A stretch of 64,000 nucleotides of DNA, from positions 9,644 to 73,643 of IMG/VR virus record IMGVR_UViG_3300049846_002076. One strand, written 5' to 3'. This DNA comes from a virus. Position numbers and translations under genes: made by a program. Numbering within the stretch: position 1 is the stretch's first letter; the number at the start of each line of letters is the position of its first letter. Below, one piece after another: positions 26,065 through 36,400 of this stretch. The notes under the pieces are model-generated. The model did no database searches. It saw nothing but the letters and a program-made list of their open reading frames with translations, and was not told where the DNA came from.

Positions 26065-29000
26065 TAGAGTTCGGCGTCAGCCGTCCAGTAGTAGACAAGG
26101 TAGCCACCGGCAGCGGTTCCATTTGCCGTGGCATAGCAGCGCCAGGAACGCTTTGTTGTGACGTTGGCAGTTGGGGCCGACGCAGGAAAATGACCGCTGT
26201 TTCCGGTGTAGTAGTAGGTCATCGTAGGCGCAGCACGCTTCGCAACAAGGAAAAATCCAATGCTGTAATACTGTCCACCGTTTGTGACATCGCCAGAAAT
26301 CAGACCGTCCGAGTTGGTGCCATCGTGCTGCTCGTAGTAACGCTGGCAGCGGGCGGTGACCATCTCCACGTCGACAACATCAAACGGGGTCGCAACCGGG
26401 CCTGCTTCGAGCTGCACAAGCTGGATCTTGAAGTCGTTGGCAGTCGAGTCGAGGGCGTTGACCTGGTTAGCGGTTGCCAAGATCGCATTCGCCGCCCATG
26501 TGTCGCCCGTTCCCTGATAGGTGGTTCCCGCCATGAGCGTCCAACCGAGCCACAGACCGATGCCGGTGTCGTAGAGCCAAGTCCCCGTCGTGTCGACCGG
26601 AATCGTGACCGTCTTCTTTTCCCACACGTTGCTGCTGCTGACGGTGTATTCCTTGACGATCGTCCGGTTGGCGGCACTGTTGCGGAAGAAGACGCAATAC
26701 ACCCCGGTCTTCGTCGCTTTGACCCAGAAGGACAACGTGATGTCTCGAGTGACAGACTGCCCGAATCCCAGGAACGCGCTGTCCAGACCCTCGACCTTGT
26801 AGGACAGAAAAGCATAGTCACCAGCGGCGAGCGAAGCGTCGGCTGTCGTGACGTCGACATGGAGACAGTGAGTCGAATAGACCCCCGCCTGAACGACAGT
26901 CGGTGCGTCCGCTGTTTTTGCAATCGTGACCGCACCCGCGTTCGATGCGCCAAACTGCCAGCGGTCAGCGGTATATGCGCCATTCGCGGCGGCGGCAAAG
27001 CTCGTCCCACGCTGCCAGGGGTTCGTGGTGAAGTCGCCGCCGATGATCAGGTTGCGACCAGCAACAGGCTCGGGGCCCGGAGTTGCGGAGACCCACTGCG
27101 ACGACGTTCCGTCGTTGTAGTAGATGTAGAGGTTTCCGTTCTCGCTGTTCCACCACAGGGCGCCCGCTGCGGGGTTTCCCGGGGCGGTTGCCGACACGAT
27201 GACTGCGTCGACGGGCGGAGCAAGCGACGCTGCAACCCACTGGTTCGACGTGCCATCCGAATACCAGACGTAGAGGTTGCCCTCCTCACTGTTCCACCAG
27301 AGGTCACCGGCAGCGGGAGAGCCGGGCGGTGTGGTCGAGGTCGTGACCGTCGCACCGCCAGCCGTTCCGAAGGGGCCGACCGTGACGCCGTTGATGCGAG
27401 CATACATGCCCGCGGTCGTTGTCCAGATGTCTCCATCAGCGGGCGTTGTCGGAGCGACACCGTGCGTGATACGCACCGGGGCCAGCGCAGTCGTTCCTGC
27501 GGGCAGTGTGAGCTGTGCGGACGACGAGGGGGCGATCCCAAGGCCAGTCGTGCCGGCATACTGGAAGAAGGCCGTCTCGAGAGCCCATCCCCACCCGTTT
27601 TCGCCGACGATCGCAACGTAGTTGCCACCACCGCTCTTCCAGCCCACGTAGCCACGGCGAGTCGCGTCAGGAGTGAAGAAGCCGATGTAGCCAGGGCGCG
27701 TTGCATCGCCATACTGCATCGAAATGCTGCCGTTCGAAGCAGAAATGATCGAGAGGTTGCCCGCAGTGACCGTTCCCGTAAACGTGGGCGATGCCAACGG
27801 GGCATAGGTCGCTGCCGCACTCGCAGATTTGAGGTAGCCCTGCCCGACCACATAGGCAGTCGTAGCGAGCTGCGTGGTGTTCGTGTCGACTGCGGCAGTC
27901 GGCGCAGCCGGGACACCAGTGAAAGTCGGGGAAGCGAGCAGCGCATACGAAGCGGCTGCAACACCGCCAAGCTGCGAAGCGTTCGACGCAGTGCCGGTGA
28001 TTCCCCCGGTGACGATCAGCGCCCCGTCCGTCTTGAGCGTGCCCGCGGCACTCTGATACAGGTTCGCCGAAGTGCTCCCGAAGTAGATGCCGTTCGCTGC
28101 ACCCGTCGCGGCGGGAAGCTGGATCTTGCCCGCGCTCGCGGTATCGGTCGTTGTGCCGACGAGCAGGTTGCCCGCGGCAGCCACGAGGTAGGAGGTGCCC
28201 GTTCCCGACAGGCGATTCTGGGCGGTTCCCGTGTTCGTCTTGACGTCGAAGTTGCCGAACAGGGCGTTGTTCGTCATGTATTTCGAGACGAACGGGAGCT
28301 CGAGTTCGGATGTCCAGCGGTCACACAGGTAGTTGAGCGCGGTGACCCAGACCAGGTTGGTGCCGTCGGTCTGGATCGTGAGTTCGATGTCGGTCAGGTA
28401 GTTGGCACCCGTGACCGCAAAGGCCATCACTTTGTAGCTGCCGATCGTCGAGATGTCGGTGGGCGCTGCCCAGGCAGTCCATGACCCGTTGTATTTGCCG
28501 CGGGCACTGATGGCGACGTAGGCGTTGTTCGTCGAGTAGAACGAGACGTAGAGCGTGCCCTGCGGATAGGTAATGCCCGCTGCAGGCACGCCCGACTGGT
28601 TCGCCATGCTGATGTTCATGACGTGCGTCGTGCTCGTCGTGAGCTGCACGGGGCCGTCGAACCCACCATCGAACAGTGCGGCGCTGCCCAGGTTGCCGGT
28701 CACGTTCGTAACCGTGAAGCGCTTGTCGGCGTGATAGAGGACGTCGCAGAGTTCGTTGAGACGAATCTGACGCTGCCCGAAGACCGGAATGATCGACGTG
28801 AAGTCGAGGTTGTTGATCTTGGTCGTGCCGGTAATCGTGGCACCGGCAGCCGTCAGGGTGCTCGATGCGGCAATCGTTGTTGCGCTGAGTCCGCCGACCA
28901 GGGTGAGGGCGCCTGCACCCGACAGGGTCGCAGCAAGCGTCGTGCCGCCATACCACCTGAACTGCGAAGCGGTCGTCGGGACAGAATTCCACAGTGTCGA

Positions 29001-32000
29001 GCCATCAATGCCGATCGCATAGTCGGCGCTCGAAGCGCCGATGTTCGGATACAACATGACGCGAGTGCCGGCCGAACGGGTCGTAAACGACGGGGGCGCG
29101 ACGCCGCTCGTCGTGTAGAGCAGGAACTTTCCACCACTGATGGTCTGGTCGTTCGTGAAGTTGTTCGCGCCTGCCAGGGTCGGGAAAGCCGTCGAGTCGA
29201 GACCATCGAGGAAGTCAGCATTGAGACCCGAACCAGAGCCACCCGTCAGGGAGTCGAGTTCGAATGCCGTCATCGAGGCAATCCACCACACCAGGTTCAC
29301 GCCCGGGCTCGGGGCCGGCGAACCCGTCACGTAGATGTGACCGGAGCTCGAGAACGAGCCGCTATCGCCAGATTCGACCACCCGAATGTAGGTTTCCCAC
29401 TTGCCTGTTCCTGCGTCGCTGGTAAGGAAGTAGTTCGCGCCGTTCGTGCCGACCGAGTTGCTGGCGTAGACGAACTTGTAACCCGCCGGGAGCTTCGCTC
29501 GGAACATCTGCACGAAGCGCTTGTTCAGGGCGGAGTTGACAATTTGCATCACTCCACCGAACCCCGGGGTTGCCGTGTTGTCGGTGTGGCGCACCTCAAG
29601 GCAGTAGCCGGTCGAATTGGGCACTCCCGAGATCGCGTTCGTGCGCGTGACCGTAACCACGCCGTTGCCAGCGTTGTTGTAGGCAGCGACCGAGTTGACG
29701 CCCGTGGCGAATTCTTCGTCGTTGAAGAGGCGCTTGCCCTGGCGCATGGCGTAGAACATCGGGTGCGGATTGCCAACCGCCGTGTTCGTCTCGTTCAGCC
29801 AGCCCATCCAGGCATAGATGTCGGGCGTGCCGATCGACCATTCCTGGCGAGCCCCACCGTCCCGGATCGTCACGGTGAAGAAGTTGCGCCCGTTCGACTC
29901 GTAGAACTGGTCGGAGGGTTTCCCGCCCATGAACTGCGCCGCAGCGGGGAAGGTGATCGTCTGCCCCTGCTGACGGAAGCCATTGATCATCTCGATGACG
30001 ATCGTTTGGGTCTTTCCAGCCGCGGCGATTCCCGAGAGCGCGATCGTGAAGCTCGAAGACTGGGCCGGCGCCGTGAATGCGACGTGACCGTATTTGTCGA
30101 CTTCGATCGTGACTGTGCCGCCACCGGCGACAGCCCCGTAGTCGTTGAAGCGCTCGAGCACGCGCCAACCATCGAGCACGCCAGCAGCGGTCACGCTCGT
30201 CGGGGTGATGTTGCCAAGCCCGAGGGTGATCTGCGGGGTCGTCGTGGGGTTGGCAACGCTCTGCGTGATCCCGTTGTTCGCAGTGACGCCGACCGTCGTG
30301 ACTGTGCCGCCACCCACCGTGACGTTGAGGGCGCCACCCGAGAACTGCAGCCCGGTTCCGAGCGTGATCGTTTCGACGTTGCCGGTGCCCGCGGTCGAGC
30401 GTCCGAGCAGCACGCCAGTCGCCACCTGGGCCATGTGCGAGAGCGCAACCGCGTTCGCGGTGATCGAGGTCGCATTGCCGACAGACGTCACGGGGCCAGT
30501 GAGGTTGGCGTTCGTCGTGACGGTCGCGGCATTGCCCGTGATGTTGCCCGTGAGCGTTCCGGTGACGTTCCCGACGAGGTTGCCAGTGAAGGTCGTCGCT
30601 GTGACCGCGGTGAGGCCGGCGAGGGACGTCGAGGTGCCACCCAGGGAGATCGCGGTCGTGCCGATCGTCACGTTGCTGTTGACGAGGGCCGCGTTCGGGA
30701 TCGAGGTCAGCGCTGCACCGGAGCCTGAGAAGGCGCCCGAAAACGTGGTCGCTGTGAGCGTGCCGGTGCTCGGGACAAACGAGAGCTTGGTCGACGAAAT
30801 CTTCTGGGCCTGGTTGCCGGATGCCCCCGCGGCCCACAGCGGGTAGACTGCAGTCGCGGTTGCGTTGTCGTCGGTGACCGGGTTCGTTCCCGTGACCGAC
30901 ACAGCCCCGCCAGAGATGCTCAGACCAGTTCCGAGCGTGAGCACCTCGATGTTGCCCGTCCCCGCAGTGGAGCGCCCCAGAAGCGTGCTGGTGGCGACCT
31001 GGAAGAGTTTTGCGGCCGTCAGGGAGTTCGCGGGAATGGTCGTCGCATTGCCGACCGAGGTCACATCCCCGGTAAGGTTCGAGACACCCGAGAACGCCCA
31101 TTCCTGGCGCGTGCCGCCATCGCGGAAGGTCACCGTGAAGAAGTTGCGCCCGCTCGAGGCCAGGGCGTTGTTCGGCGGGGGCAGACCGCCCGCCATCCAG
31201 TAGGCGTTGACCGGGTAGTTGATCGTGCCGCTACCGGCCCGCTGGCCGTTGATCATCTCGATCAGGACGGTCTGCGACTTCCCGGAAGCGGGGATGCCAC
31301 TCAGGGCGATTGTGAAGTTGGCGGTCGTGTCGACGGGGGCAGTGAAGGCAGCATGCCCATACTTGTCGACTTCGATGGTGACGATCCCGTTCGACGCCAG
31401 GGTGCCGTAGTCGTGGAACGCTTCGGTGATTCGGGAGGCGTCGATCTTGTCTGCGGTCACCGTCCCAGTGAAGGTGGGGCTCGCCGCACCCACGAACGCC
31501 GCCGGAGTCAACCCGCGCCACGTGTCTGCGTCGAGCCCCGAGCCAGTGCCATCGTTCTCGGAGTGCCAGATTTTCGATGCGGCGTTCGCCCCCATTGTCG
31601 TGAGGTCGAGATAGCCGCCACGGAATGTGCCCGCACCTTCCCAGAAGCGAACCCTGTTGTTATTGACGTCGAAGTAGACGTTTCCTGCGAGCGTCGTGCC
31701 CCCGTTGCTCGCCTTCTGAAGGATGATCTGTCCACCCTCACCAGTCGCAGCATTTTCCGCGTTGACGGTCAGGGCGTCGGTCGTCAGGGAGGTCGCAATC
31801 GAAGCCCCAAGCTCCGCGGTCGCGAAGTAGCCCTTGCGAACCCGCTTCGAGCTCGAGCCGACGTCGTAGGAATTGTCGACCCCGGGGATGAGCTGCCCAG
31901 TCGAGTCGACCGACCAGCGCAGAAGGGCATTGGTGAGGATCTCGAAGTCCGACAGCCCGGTCGTGCCGACCTTGAGCTTGCGGGTGGCGCCGGCGCCGGC

Positions 32001-33134
32001 CTGAGTGGTGTAGAGGTAGCCCTCGGTGTCGTTGGAACCAACCGAGATGCGTTCTTGGTCGACTCCACCCACCCCGTCGTAGCGGTTGTAGAGCCGAAAC
32101 TCCTGGTTCACGTTGCCGTCGCGCTGCCCCAGAACGCCCGAAGACTCGTTGATCAGCTTGACGAGGCTATTGAGAATGATTCCGTTTGCGTCGATCTGCA
32201 GGCGGGTGTTCGCCCCGTCGATGAACCGCCACTTGTCGACCGTGCCGGCCGCCCTGACGAAGTCCCAGGAGGTGTTCGCCTGGTTCAGGGCGATGTAGTC
32301 GGATGCGCCGGAGAGCTGCCATTTCGTGCCCCATTCGTCCGCCTGGATGATCTGGACGCCCGTTTGCATCGTCAGCGGGCCGGTCATGACCGCGCCCGCC
32401 GGGTTCATCGGCGTGTAGCCCAAAGCGGACGTCACGTCGCCCGAGATGAGCGCCCGCCAGACATTCGTGCCGGTCAGGAAGGTTGCCGAAGTCGCTGTCC
32501 CCGACCCCAGGCGAGCGGTCGCGACAGTCCCGGCGTTCAGGTTCGAGGCGTTCTGGTAGTAGGCGCCCTGTTGGCCGTCGAGCAGGTCGGCATCGAGTGT
32601 CGATCCCGCCCCATCGTTCCCCACATGCCAGGGCGTGTATCCGAGCGCCGCGGTGACGTCTCCCGAGGTCAGCTCTCCCCGGATCGTCGCCGAGCTCTTG
32701 TTTTCGACGTTGCCGATTCCGAGGTTCGTGCGGGCTGTCGCGGCGTTCTGCAGGTCGGACAGGTTCGAAGCCTTCTGGAGGGCATACCCCGCCCCGACCG
32801 AAGCGAGAAGCGCCTGGAGCTTCTTCAGGGCTTCGCTGACGATGCTCGCGGTGTGAACGTCCCCGGGATAGATCAGCGGGATGCCATCGGGCACCGTGTA
32901 GTCGGAGACGACCGTGATGGTCTTGGTCGCGGTGGTGCCCGCATAGGGGGCGGTGAGGGTGATCGTGGTATCGGGGTAGAGGAACGTCGGGGTCGCCGCC
33001 ACGTAATACGGCATCGACTCCCCTTCGACATAGAGCAGATACCCCGCGGAAATGTAAGTCCGCAGGTCTTCGTTCGGGACGACGACCTGGCTGGACGCAT
33101 TTACGAGTGAAGCGGGGTAGACGAGCTGTGCCAT
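26064..33134 (-). CDS. Giant mosaic tail fibre/adhesin (2356 aa)
   Basis: NLSDLQNAATARTNLG, three LxADxxxG repeats, PLASPTFTG repeats, C-terminal NLIIGGDF..WQRG domain. Confidence 0.88.
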   Translation of the reverse strand: MAQLVYPASLVNASSQVVVPNEDLRTYISAGYLLYVEGESMPYYVAATPTFLYPDTTITLTAPYAGTTATKTITVVSDYTVPDGIPLIYPGDVHTASIVSEALKKLQALLASVGAGYALQKASNLSDLQNAATARTNLGIGNVENKSSATIRGELTSGDVTAALGYTPWHVGNDGAGSTLDADLLDGQQGAYYQNASNLNAGTVATARLGSGTATSATFLTGTNVWRALISGDVTSALGYTPMNPAGAVMTGPLTMQTGVQIIQADEWGTKWQLSGASDYIALNQANTSWDFVRAAGTVDKWRFIDGANTRLQIDANGIILNSLVKLINESSGVLGQRDGNVNQEFRLYNRYDGVGGVDQERISVGSNDTEGYLYTTQAGAGATRKLKVGTTGLSDFEILTNALLRWSVDSTGQLIPGVDNSYDVGSSSKRVRKGYFATAELGASIATSLTTDALTVNAENAATGEGGQIILQKASNGGTTLAGNVYFDVNNNRVRFWEGAGTFRGGYLDLTTMGANAASKIWHSENDGTGSGLDADTWRGLTPAAFVGAASPTFTGTVTADKIDASRITEAFHDYGTLASNGIVTIEVDKYGHAAFTAPVDTTANFTIALSGIPASGKSQTVLIEMINGQRAGSGTINYPVNAYWMAGGLPPPNNALASSGRNFFTVTFRDGGTRQEWAFSGVSNLTGDVTSVGNATTIPANSLTAAKLFQVATSTLLGRSTAGTGNIEVLTLGTGLSISGGAVSVTGTNPVTDDNATATAVYPLWAAGASGNQAQKISSTKLSFVPSTGTLTATTFSGAFSGSGAALTSIPNAALVNSNVTIGTTAISLGGTSTSLAGLTAVTATTFTGNLVGNVTGTLTGNITGNAATVTTNANLTGPVTSVGNATSITANAVALSHMAQVATGVLLGRSTAGTGNVETITLGTGLQFSGGALNVTVGGGTVTTVGVTANNGITQSVANPTTTPQITLGLGNITPTSVTAAGVLDGWRVLERFNDYGAVAGGGTVTIEVDKYGHVAFTAPAQSSSFTIALSGIAAAGKTQTIVIEMINGFRQQGQTITFPAAAQFMGGKPSDQFYESNGRNFFTVTIRDGGARQEWSIGTPDIYAWMGWLNETNTAVGNPHPMFYAMRQGKRLFNDEEFATGVNSVAAYNNAGNGVVTVTRTNAISGVPNSTGYCLEVRHTDNTATPGFGGVMQIVNSALNKRFVQMFRAKLPAGYKFVYASNSVGTNGANYFLTSDAGTGKWETYIRVVESGDSGSFSSSGHIYVTGSPAPSPGVNLVWWIASMTAFELDSLTGGSGSGLNADFLDGLDSTAFPTLAGANNFTNDQTISGGKFLLYTTSGVAPPSFTTRSAGTRVMLYPNIGASSADYAIGIDGSTLWNSVPTTASQFRWYGGTTLAATLSGAGALTLVGGLSATTIAASSTLTAAGATITGTTKINNLDFTSIIPVFGQRQIRLNELCDVLYHADKRFTVTNVTGNLGSAALFDGGFDGPVQLTTSTTHVMNISMANQSGVPAAGITYPQGTLYVSFYSTNNAYVAISARGKYNGSWTAWAAPTDISTIGSYKVMAFAVTGANYLTDIELTIQTDGTNLVWVTALNYLCDRWTSELELPFVSKYMTNNALFGNFDVKTNTGTAQNRLSGTGTSYLVAAAGNLLVGTTTDTASAGKIQLPAATGAANGIYFGSTSANLYQSAAGTLKTDGALIVTGGITGTASNASQLGGVAAASYALLASPTFTGVPAAPTAAVDTNTTQLATTAYVVGQGYLKSASAAATYAPLASPTFTGTVTAGNLSIISASNGSISMQYGDATRPGYIGFFTPDATRRGYVGWKSGGGNYVAIVGENGWGWALETAFFQYAGTTGLGIAPSSSAQLTLPAGTTALAPVRITHGVAPTTPADGDIWTTTAGMYARINGVTVGPFGTAGGATVTTSTTPPGSPAAGDLWWNSEEGNLYVWYSDGTSNQWVAASLAPPVDAVIVSATAPGNPAAGALWWNSENGNLYIYYNDGTSSQWVSATPGPEPVAGRNLIIGGDFTTNPWQRGTSFAAAANGAYTADRWQFGASNAGAVTIAKTADAPTVVQAGVYSTHCLHVDVTTADASLAAGDYAFLSYKVEGLDSAFLGFGQSVTRDITLSFWVKATKTGVYCVFFRNSAANRTIVKEYTVSSSNVWEKKTVTIPVDTTGTWLYDTGIGLWLGWTLMAGTTYQGTGDTWAANAILATANQVNALDSTANDFKIQLVQLEAGPVATPFDVVDVEMVTARCQRYYEQHDGTNSDGLISGDVTNGGQYYSIGFFLVAKRAAPTMTYYYTGNSGHFPASAPTANVTTKRSWRCYATANGTAAGGYLVYYWTADAEL

Positions 33135-33140
33135 GCCGCG

Positions 33141-33164
33141 ATTTTACCTCAGTCAGTGGTGACT
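33141..33164 (-). promoter_or_regulatory. Leaderless-type promoter (TAAAAT 6 nt before the ATG) plus perfect AGTCA-GTGG-TGACT box
   Basis: atttta at 33141-33146; box at 33151-33164; ATG at 33134. Confidence 0.75.
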
Positions 33165-33174
33165 GCCTACTGTC

Positions 33175-33411
33175 CTAGAAAAGGGCGGGCTGAACGTCCT
33201 TCGTGTCGACGACTTCGCCGTTGATGAGATGGAAGTCCTTGAATCTCTTGCGCCATTCCCAGAATTGCTCGGCGGTCACCTCCACCAGGGTGTTGTTCGG
33301 GAAATTGGCGGCCACGAACCCCGCAAGGTCGGACTCGGGCAACTGCATCATCATGACTGCCTCACCCGAGGGGTCGAAGGAGATCCATTGCTTCATCACG
33401 ATAGTGGACAT
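33175..33411 (-). CDS. Hypothetical protein downstream of the tail tip gene
   Basis: 78 aa; 2 nt after the J-like stop. Confidence 0.65.
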   Translation of the reverse strand: MSTIVMKQWISFDPSGEAVMMMQLPESDLAGFVAANFPNNTLVEVTAEQFWEWRKRFKDFHLINGEVVDTKDVQPALF

Positions 33412-33413
33412 GG

Positions 33414-36400
33414 TCAGAACCAGTAGATGTCGACGTTGCCGCCGCTCGAGAAGTCGAGACGAACGGTGATGCCGGTTGAGGAAAGGGAGTTGATTGCGGC
33501 ACTGCCGGCCGACGAGACGACCGTGACAACCGGCGCGGTGGTGCGGCTTTCACCCCAGTTGTGAGTCGCGGTGCCGTTGTTCGGGACATAGACCGTCGTC
33601 GATTTCCATCCACGAAGCACGAGCTTGTCGAATTCGGCGGTTCCGTTCTTCTGAATGCGCCATCCCGCGACACCGGCCTCGAAGTTGTCCGACTTGATTT
33701 CGTTCCCGATCTTGGCATTGGTGATCGTCGCATCCCCGATCAGCGCTCCATCGACGACGATGCGGGCCAGGCCATTCACCATGCCGACCGTGAAGGGCTT
33801 CGCGGTCGGATAGCTCGGGAAGCGAATCGAGAACTTGTCGGCGAGCACCTCGAATTCAGACGAGAAGCGGAAGAGCCCCGTCGCGGGGTCTTGCACCCCA
33901 GTGCTCGCCAGGCCGAAGCCGGTGACGTAGCCGTTGTTGTCGATCTTGACCGTGTATTGGCCCTCGATTCCGTCGATGGTGGTCTGCATCGTCTGAATCG
34001 AGGTCGTATGCGAGGTGATGCGGTCGTCGGCCGAAGCTACCCAGGCAGTTCCATTCCAGCGATATGCGCGGTTGCCATCGAGGGTGTCGAACCACAGATC
34101 GCTCACCCGCAGCGTGTAGGACGCATCGCTGGCGGGGGCGCTCGATTGATGGAACACACGGTTTCCCGAGAGCAGGGCATTTTCAGCCGTCGCAAGCCAG
34201 GTCGCGCCATTCCACATATAGCGCTTGTTGTTGTTGTCGGTCTCGATCCACACGTCGTTGACGACGAGCGTGTAATTCGAGTCGCTCACGGGCGCCGCGT
34301 TCTGGAAGAATGTCCGGTTCTTGAGGTCGACCTTGCTTGTCAGGGTCGTGATCGAGGTTGCCTGCGAAGTGTCCGCCGCAGCGCGAACGCTCTGTTCGGT
34401 CGAGATCGCCGCCTGGGCATTGGCGACCGAGACCGACAGCGAATCGAGAATCGAGGCAGTCCCACCTTGCGAGGTGAGGTTCGCCATGATCGCTTCTTGG
34501 GCCGCTGCCGAACCCACGCCCGCGAGCGCGGCATAGACCGTGTCGGTCTTGGCGGCCTGGGAACTGTCGGCATTCTGTCTCGCGGTCTGCTCCGAGAGCA
34601 CCGCGGCCTGACGAGCGTTCGCCTCACCCAGAATGCGGGCGTTGACCGAGTTCGGCATGTCGCCGTCGACGAGGTCAATGCGCGAGCGCAGCAGGGCATC
34701 GAGCTTGTCGACCCCGACGATACCGTCGGCGATCGCGTTGATGTCCATGAACGTCGTCTTGAAGCTGATCGGCTGCGTGAAGTTGAGACCCGTCTTGCCG
34801 AAGGTGTCGTAGGCCGCGGCCTTGACCCAGTAAACCGTGTCGGCACCGAGCTTGTTCAGGATGATCGACGTGTTGGGGCCGTCGTATGCGAGCGTCTCCG
34901 GGGTCTCGGGAATGTTCGAGTTCTGCGAGACATAGAGAAGCACGCCATCGAAGTCGGGATCGGTCGGGCGGTTGTAGATGACCTCCGCAGTCTCGAAGGA
35001 GACGTTCTTCACCTTCAGACCATAGAGCCAGGGCGGCGGATTGTAGGCGGTTGCAAACGCGATCGGGCCAGGTGCCCCGATCTTCGGACGCACCCGCACC
35101 TCGAACTTGAGATGACGCTTCAGGCCGTCTGCCTGGTTCATCTCGTAGGTGTAGGTGAATGCGGGCCGTGTCGTGTATTCGGTGCGCTTGTAGACCCACG
35201 TTTGGGCGTTCGGCGATCCGACGTTGACGTTGTGGTAGACCTTGACCTCGTAGTCGAGGATCGACGGATCGAGCGAGCCCGAGTCGGCACCGTAGGGCTC
35301 GCTGCCGATCTCGTAGCTGTTGTTTCTCGAGTTGTAGCGCCAGTAGAGCTTGCAGTCGCGACCGCTCCAGATGATGTTCAGGCCGGTAACGGGCGGCGTC
35401 TGCGGGGGCGTTGTCGATGTCCCGGTGACGGTGTAGGTCAGTGTCGGCGCAGTGTCGAAGTTCGCACGCTTGTCGAACATATCGAAGGCGACGACCTTGA
35501 ACTTGACGACGGAGCCGACGTCGGCATCCATCGAATAGCGCGGAGCTCCCACCGCCTCTGTCACCTTCTTCATCGGATCGTTGTTGACCGAGACGTAGAC
35601 GTCGGCACCCTTGTAGATGCCGTATTGAGGCGGGCTCCAGGCGAGCGTGATGCGATTCTTCACCTGGGCGCCGGAGATGTAGACCTCCTCGTAGACCGAG
35701 AGGTTCTGCACATGCGACAGGGCGTAGCCGGGGTTCGTCGGGCCGCCCGGGGGAACGATGCCGCCGGGGCCGGTATAGCCCGAGACGTTGTAGACCGCCT
35801 CGTCGTATTGGACGCAGGTGACGTGACGCTTCAGGTCGTCGGAGCCCGCGGTGATGTTCTTCACCCGGAACTTGCGCTTCACCTTCGTGACCGGGCCGAT
35901 CATCCAGTGCGAGTATTCGGCAGGGGCTCCTGGGGCGAGGGGTGCGGTCAGGGTCACGCTGCTCACAGTGGCGACCGGGTTGACCACATCGGCTTCGACA
36001 ATGACGTCGGTATCGTAGAAGGTCGCAACCTGACCGTTCGAGATACCGCTGACGTCGTCCACCCAGATGTAGTTCGTGCTGGCGCTGCGCTGTGCGGCAC
36101 GTTCGACACCGTTGATCGAGACGCGCTTGAAGTTGCCGGCGGGCAGCGAAGAGAAGCCGACGTATTTCTCGGTTGTGTTCACCGAGGTCACTGTCGCTGA
36201 TCCGACCTGCACCGAGGGGTAAATCACCAGGGCCTTGTAGGATCCCGCGGGGAAGGTGATCGGGCGATCGAGCTGCAGCACCGAAGAGGTCGAGCCCGCA
36301 GCCAGGCGACCCGACCATTCCCAGTTCGGCATATCGTGTTGAATGTAGATCAGGGAGCCAACTGTGCAGGCGAGCGCTTCGATGTTGGTCTCGAACTCGC

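Noticed and set aside
24949-27060. Diversity-generating retroelement (TR/VR) explanation for the duplicated fibre domain
   Set aside because: Both copies are long and coding, the spot-checked differences are scattered rather than adenine-specific, and no reverse transcriptase is in the window.
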